NCBI RefSeq assembly: GCF_035084215.1
Contig: NC_090333.1
Location: 75,392,001-75,456,000 of the forward strand
DNA length: 64,000 nt
Reading direction: 5' to 3'
Source of the DNA: Heptranchias perlo
Taxonomy: Eukaryota
Under the pieces are notes generated by a model that searched no databases, was not told the DNA's origin, and saw only the letters and a program-made list of their open reading frames with translations. Below, piece by piece: positions 62,201-64,000 of the stretch; position 1 is the first letter of the stretch, and each line of letters opens with the position of its first letter. The translations under genes were made by a program, and so were the position numbers.

Positions 62201-64000
62201 ACACAGGGATCGTCAGTATTGGGAACACAGGGATTGTCCATATTGGGAACGCAGGGATTGTCAGTATTGGGAACACAAGGATTGTCAGTATTGGGAACAC
62301 AGGGATTGTCAGTATTGGAACATGGGGATTGTCAGTATTGGGAACACAGGGATTGTCAGTATTGGGAACACAGGGATTGACAGTATTGGAACACAAGGAT
62401 TGTCCGTATTGGGAACACAGGGATTGTCAGCATTGGGAACACGGGGATTGACAATATTGGGAACACGGGGATTGATGGTATTGGGAACACGGGGATTGTC
62501 AGTATTGGGAATACAGGGATTGACAGCATTGGGAACACAGGGATTGACAGTATTGGGAAAATGGGGATTGTCAGCATTGGGAACACAGGGATTGTCAGTA
62601 TTGGGAACACAGGGATTGACAGCATTGGGAACACAGGGATTGACAGTATTGGGAAAATGGGGATTGTCAGCATTGGGAACACAGGGATTGTCAGTATTGG
62701 GAACACAGGGATTTTCCGTATTGGGAACATGGGGATTGACAGTATTGGGAAAATGGGCATTGTCAGCATTGGGAACACAGTGATTGTCCGTATTGGAAAC
62801 GCAAGGATTGTCAGTATTGGGAACACAAGGATTGTCCGTATTGGGAACGCAGGGATTGTCAGTATTGGCAACACAGGGATTGTCAGTATTGGCAACACAG
62901 GGATTGTCAGTATTGGAACACAGGGATTGTCAGTATTGGCAACACAGGGATTGACAGCATTGGGAACACGGGGATTGTCAGTATTGGGAACACAGGGATT
63001 GTCAGTATTGGGAACACAGGGATTGTCAGTATTGGGGACGCAGGGATTGTCAGTATTGGCAACACAGGGATTGTCAGTATTAGAACACAAGGATTGTCAG
63101 TATTGGGAACACAGGGATTGTCAGTATTGAGAACACAGGGATTGTCAGTATTGGGAACACAGGGATTGTCAGCATTGGGAACACGGGGATTGTCAGTATT
63201 GGGAACACGGGGATTGATGGTATTGGGAACACAGGGATTGTCCGTATTGGGAACATGGGGATTGTCAGTATTGGGAACACAAGGATTGTCCATATTGGGA
63301 ACACAGGGATTGTCAGCATTGGGAACATGTGGATTGACAGTATTGGGAACACAGGGATTGATGGTATTGGGAACACAGGGATTGTCCGTATTGGGAACAC
63401 AGGGATTGTCAGTATTGGGAACACAGGGATTGTCAGTATTGGGAACACAGGGATTGACAGCATTGGGAACACAGGGATTGACAGTATTGGGAAAATGGGG
63501 ATTGTCAGCATTGGGAACACTGGGATTGTCAGTATTGGGAACACAGGGATTTTCCGTATTGGGAACATGGGGATTGACAGTATTGGGAAAATGGGCATTG
63601 TCAGCATTGGGAACACAGTGATTGTCCGTATTGGGCACGCAAGGATTGTCAGTATTGGGAACACAAGGATTGTCCGTATTGGGAACGCAGGGATTGTCAG
63701 TATTGGCAACACAGGGATTGTCAGTATTGGAACACAGGGAATGTCAGTATTGGGAACACAGGGATTGTCAGTATTGGGAACACAGGGATTGTCAGTATTG
63801 GCAACACAGGGATTGTCAGTATTAGAACACAAGGATTGTCAGTAATTGGAACACAGGGATTGTCAGTATTGAGATCACAGGGATTGTCAGCATTGGGAAC
63901 ACGGGGATTGTCAGTATTGGGAACACGGGGATTGATGGTATTGGGAACACAGGGATTGTCCGTATTGGGAACATGGGGATTGTCAGTATTGGGAACACAA
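53299..64000. repeat. 24-bp minisatellite array (>10.7 kb, runs off the window)
   Basis: Unit GGGATTG(T/A)CAG(T/C)ATTGGGAACACA with occasional 22-23-bp units. Confidence 0.98.

Noticed and set aside
53305-63845. Long VFPILTIP, LSVLGTQG and PNTDNPCV ORFs as surface, antifreeze or ice-nucleation proteins
   Set aside because: Overlapping ORFs occur in four frames on both strands with frequent frameshifting units; this is explained by a stop-poor 24-bp unit.

Overview
Eukaryotic, repeat-dominated window. The CR1/HER1-like LINEs and Deu-domain SINEs suggest a cartilaginous fish (inference from remembered family sequences). About 47 kb (~73%) is five different minisatellite arrays with 38, 47, 27-28 (G-rich), 27-28 (C-rich) and 24 bp units. 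The rest is mostly retroelements: two inverted near-full ORF2 copies of one EN+RT LINE family, several CR1 fragments, two DeuSINE-like copies and one LF-SINE-like relic. No complete host gene is recognisable; there is only a weak chain of candidate minus-strand micro-exons. Most notable: (i) one 973-bp CR1 fragment triplicated inside the 38-bp array by array amplification rather than retrotransposition; (ii) a TSD-flanked Penelope-like insertion forming a perfect 89-bp-arm hairpin with two hammerhead-like cores; (iii) two adjacent 28-bp arrays that look like diverged inverted relatives; (iv) a 17-bp direct repeat bracketing a VNTR-containing 2.5-kb segment. All family names come from motif recognition, not database searches.
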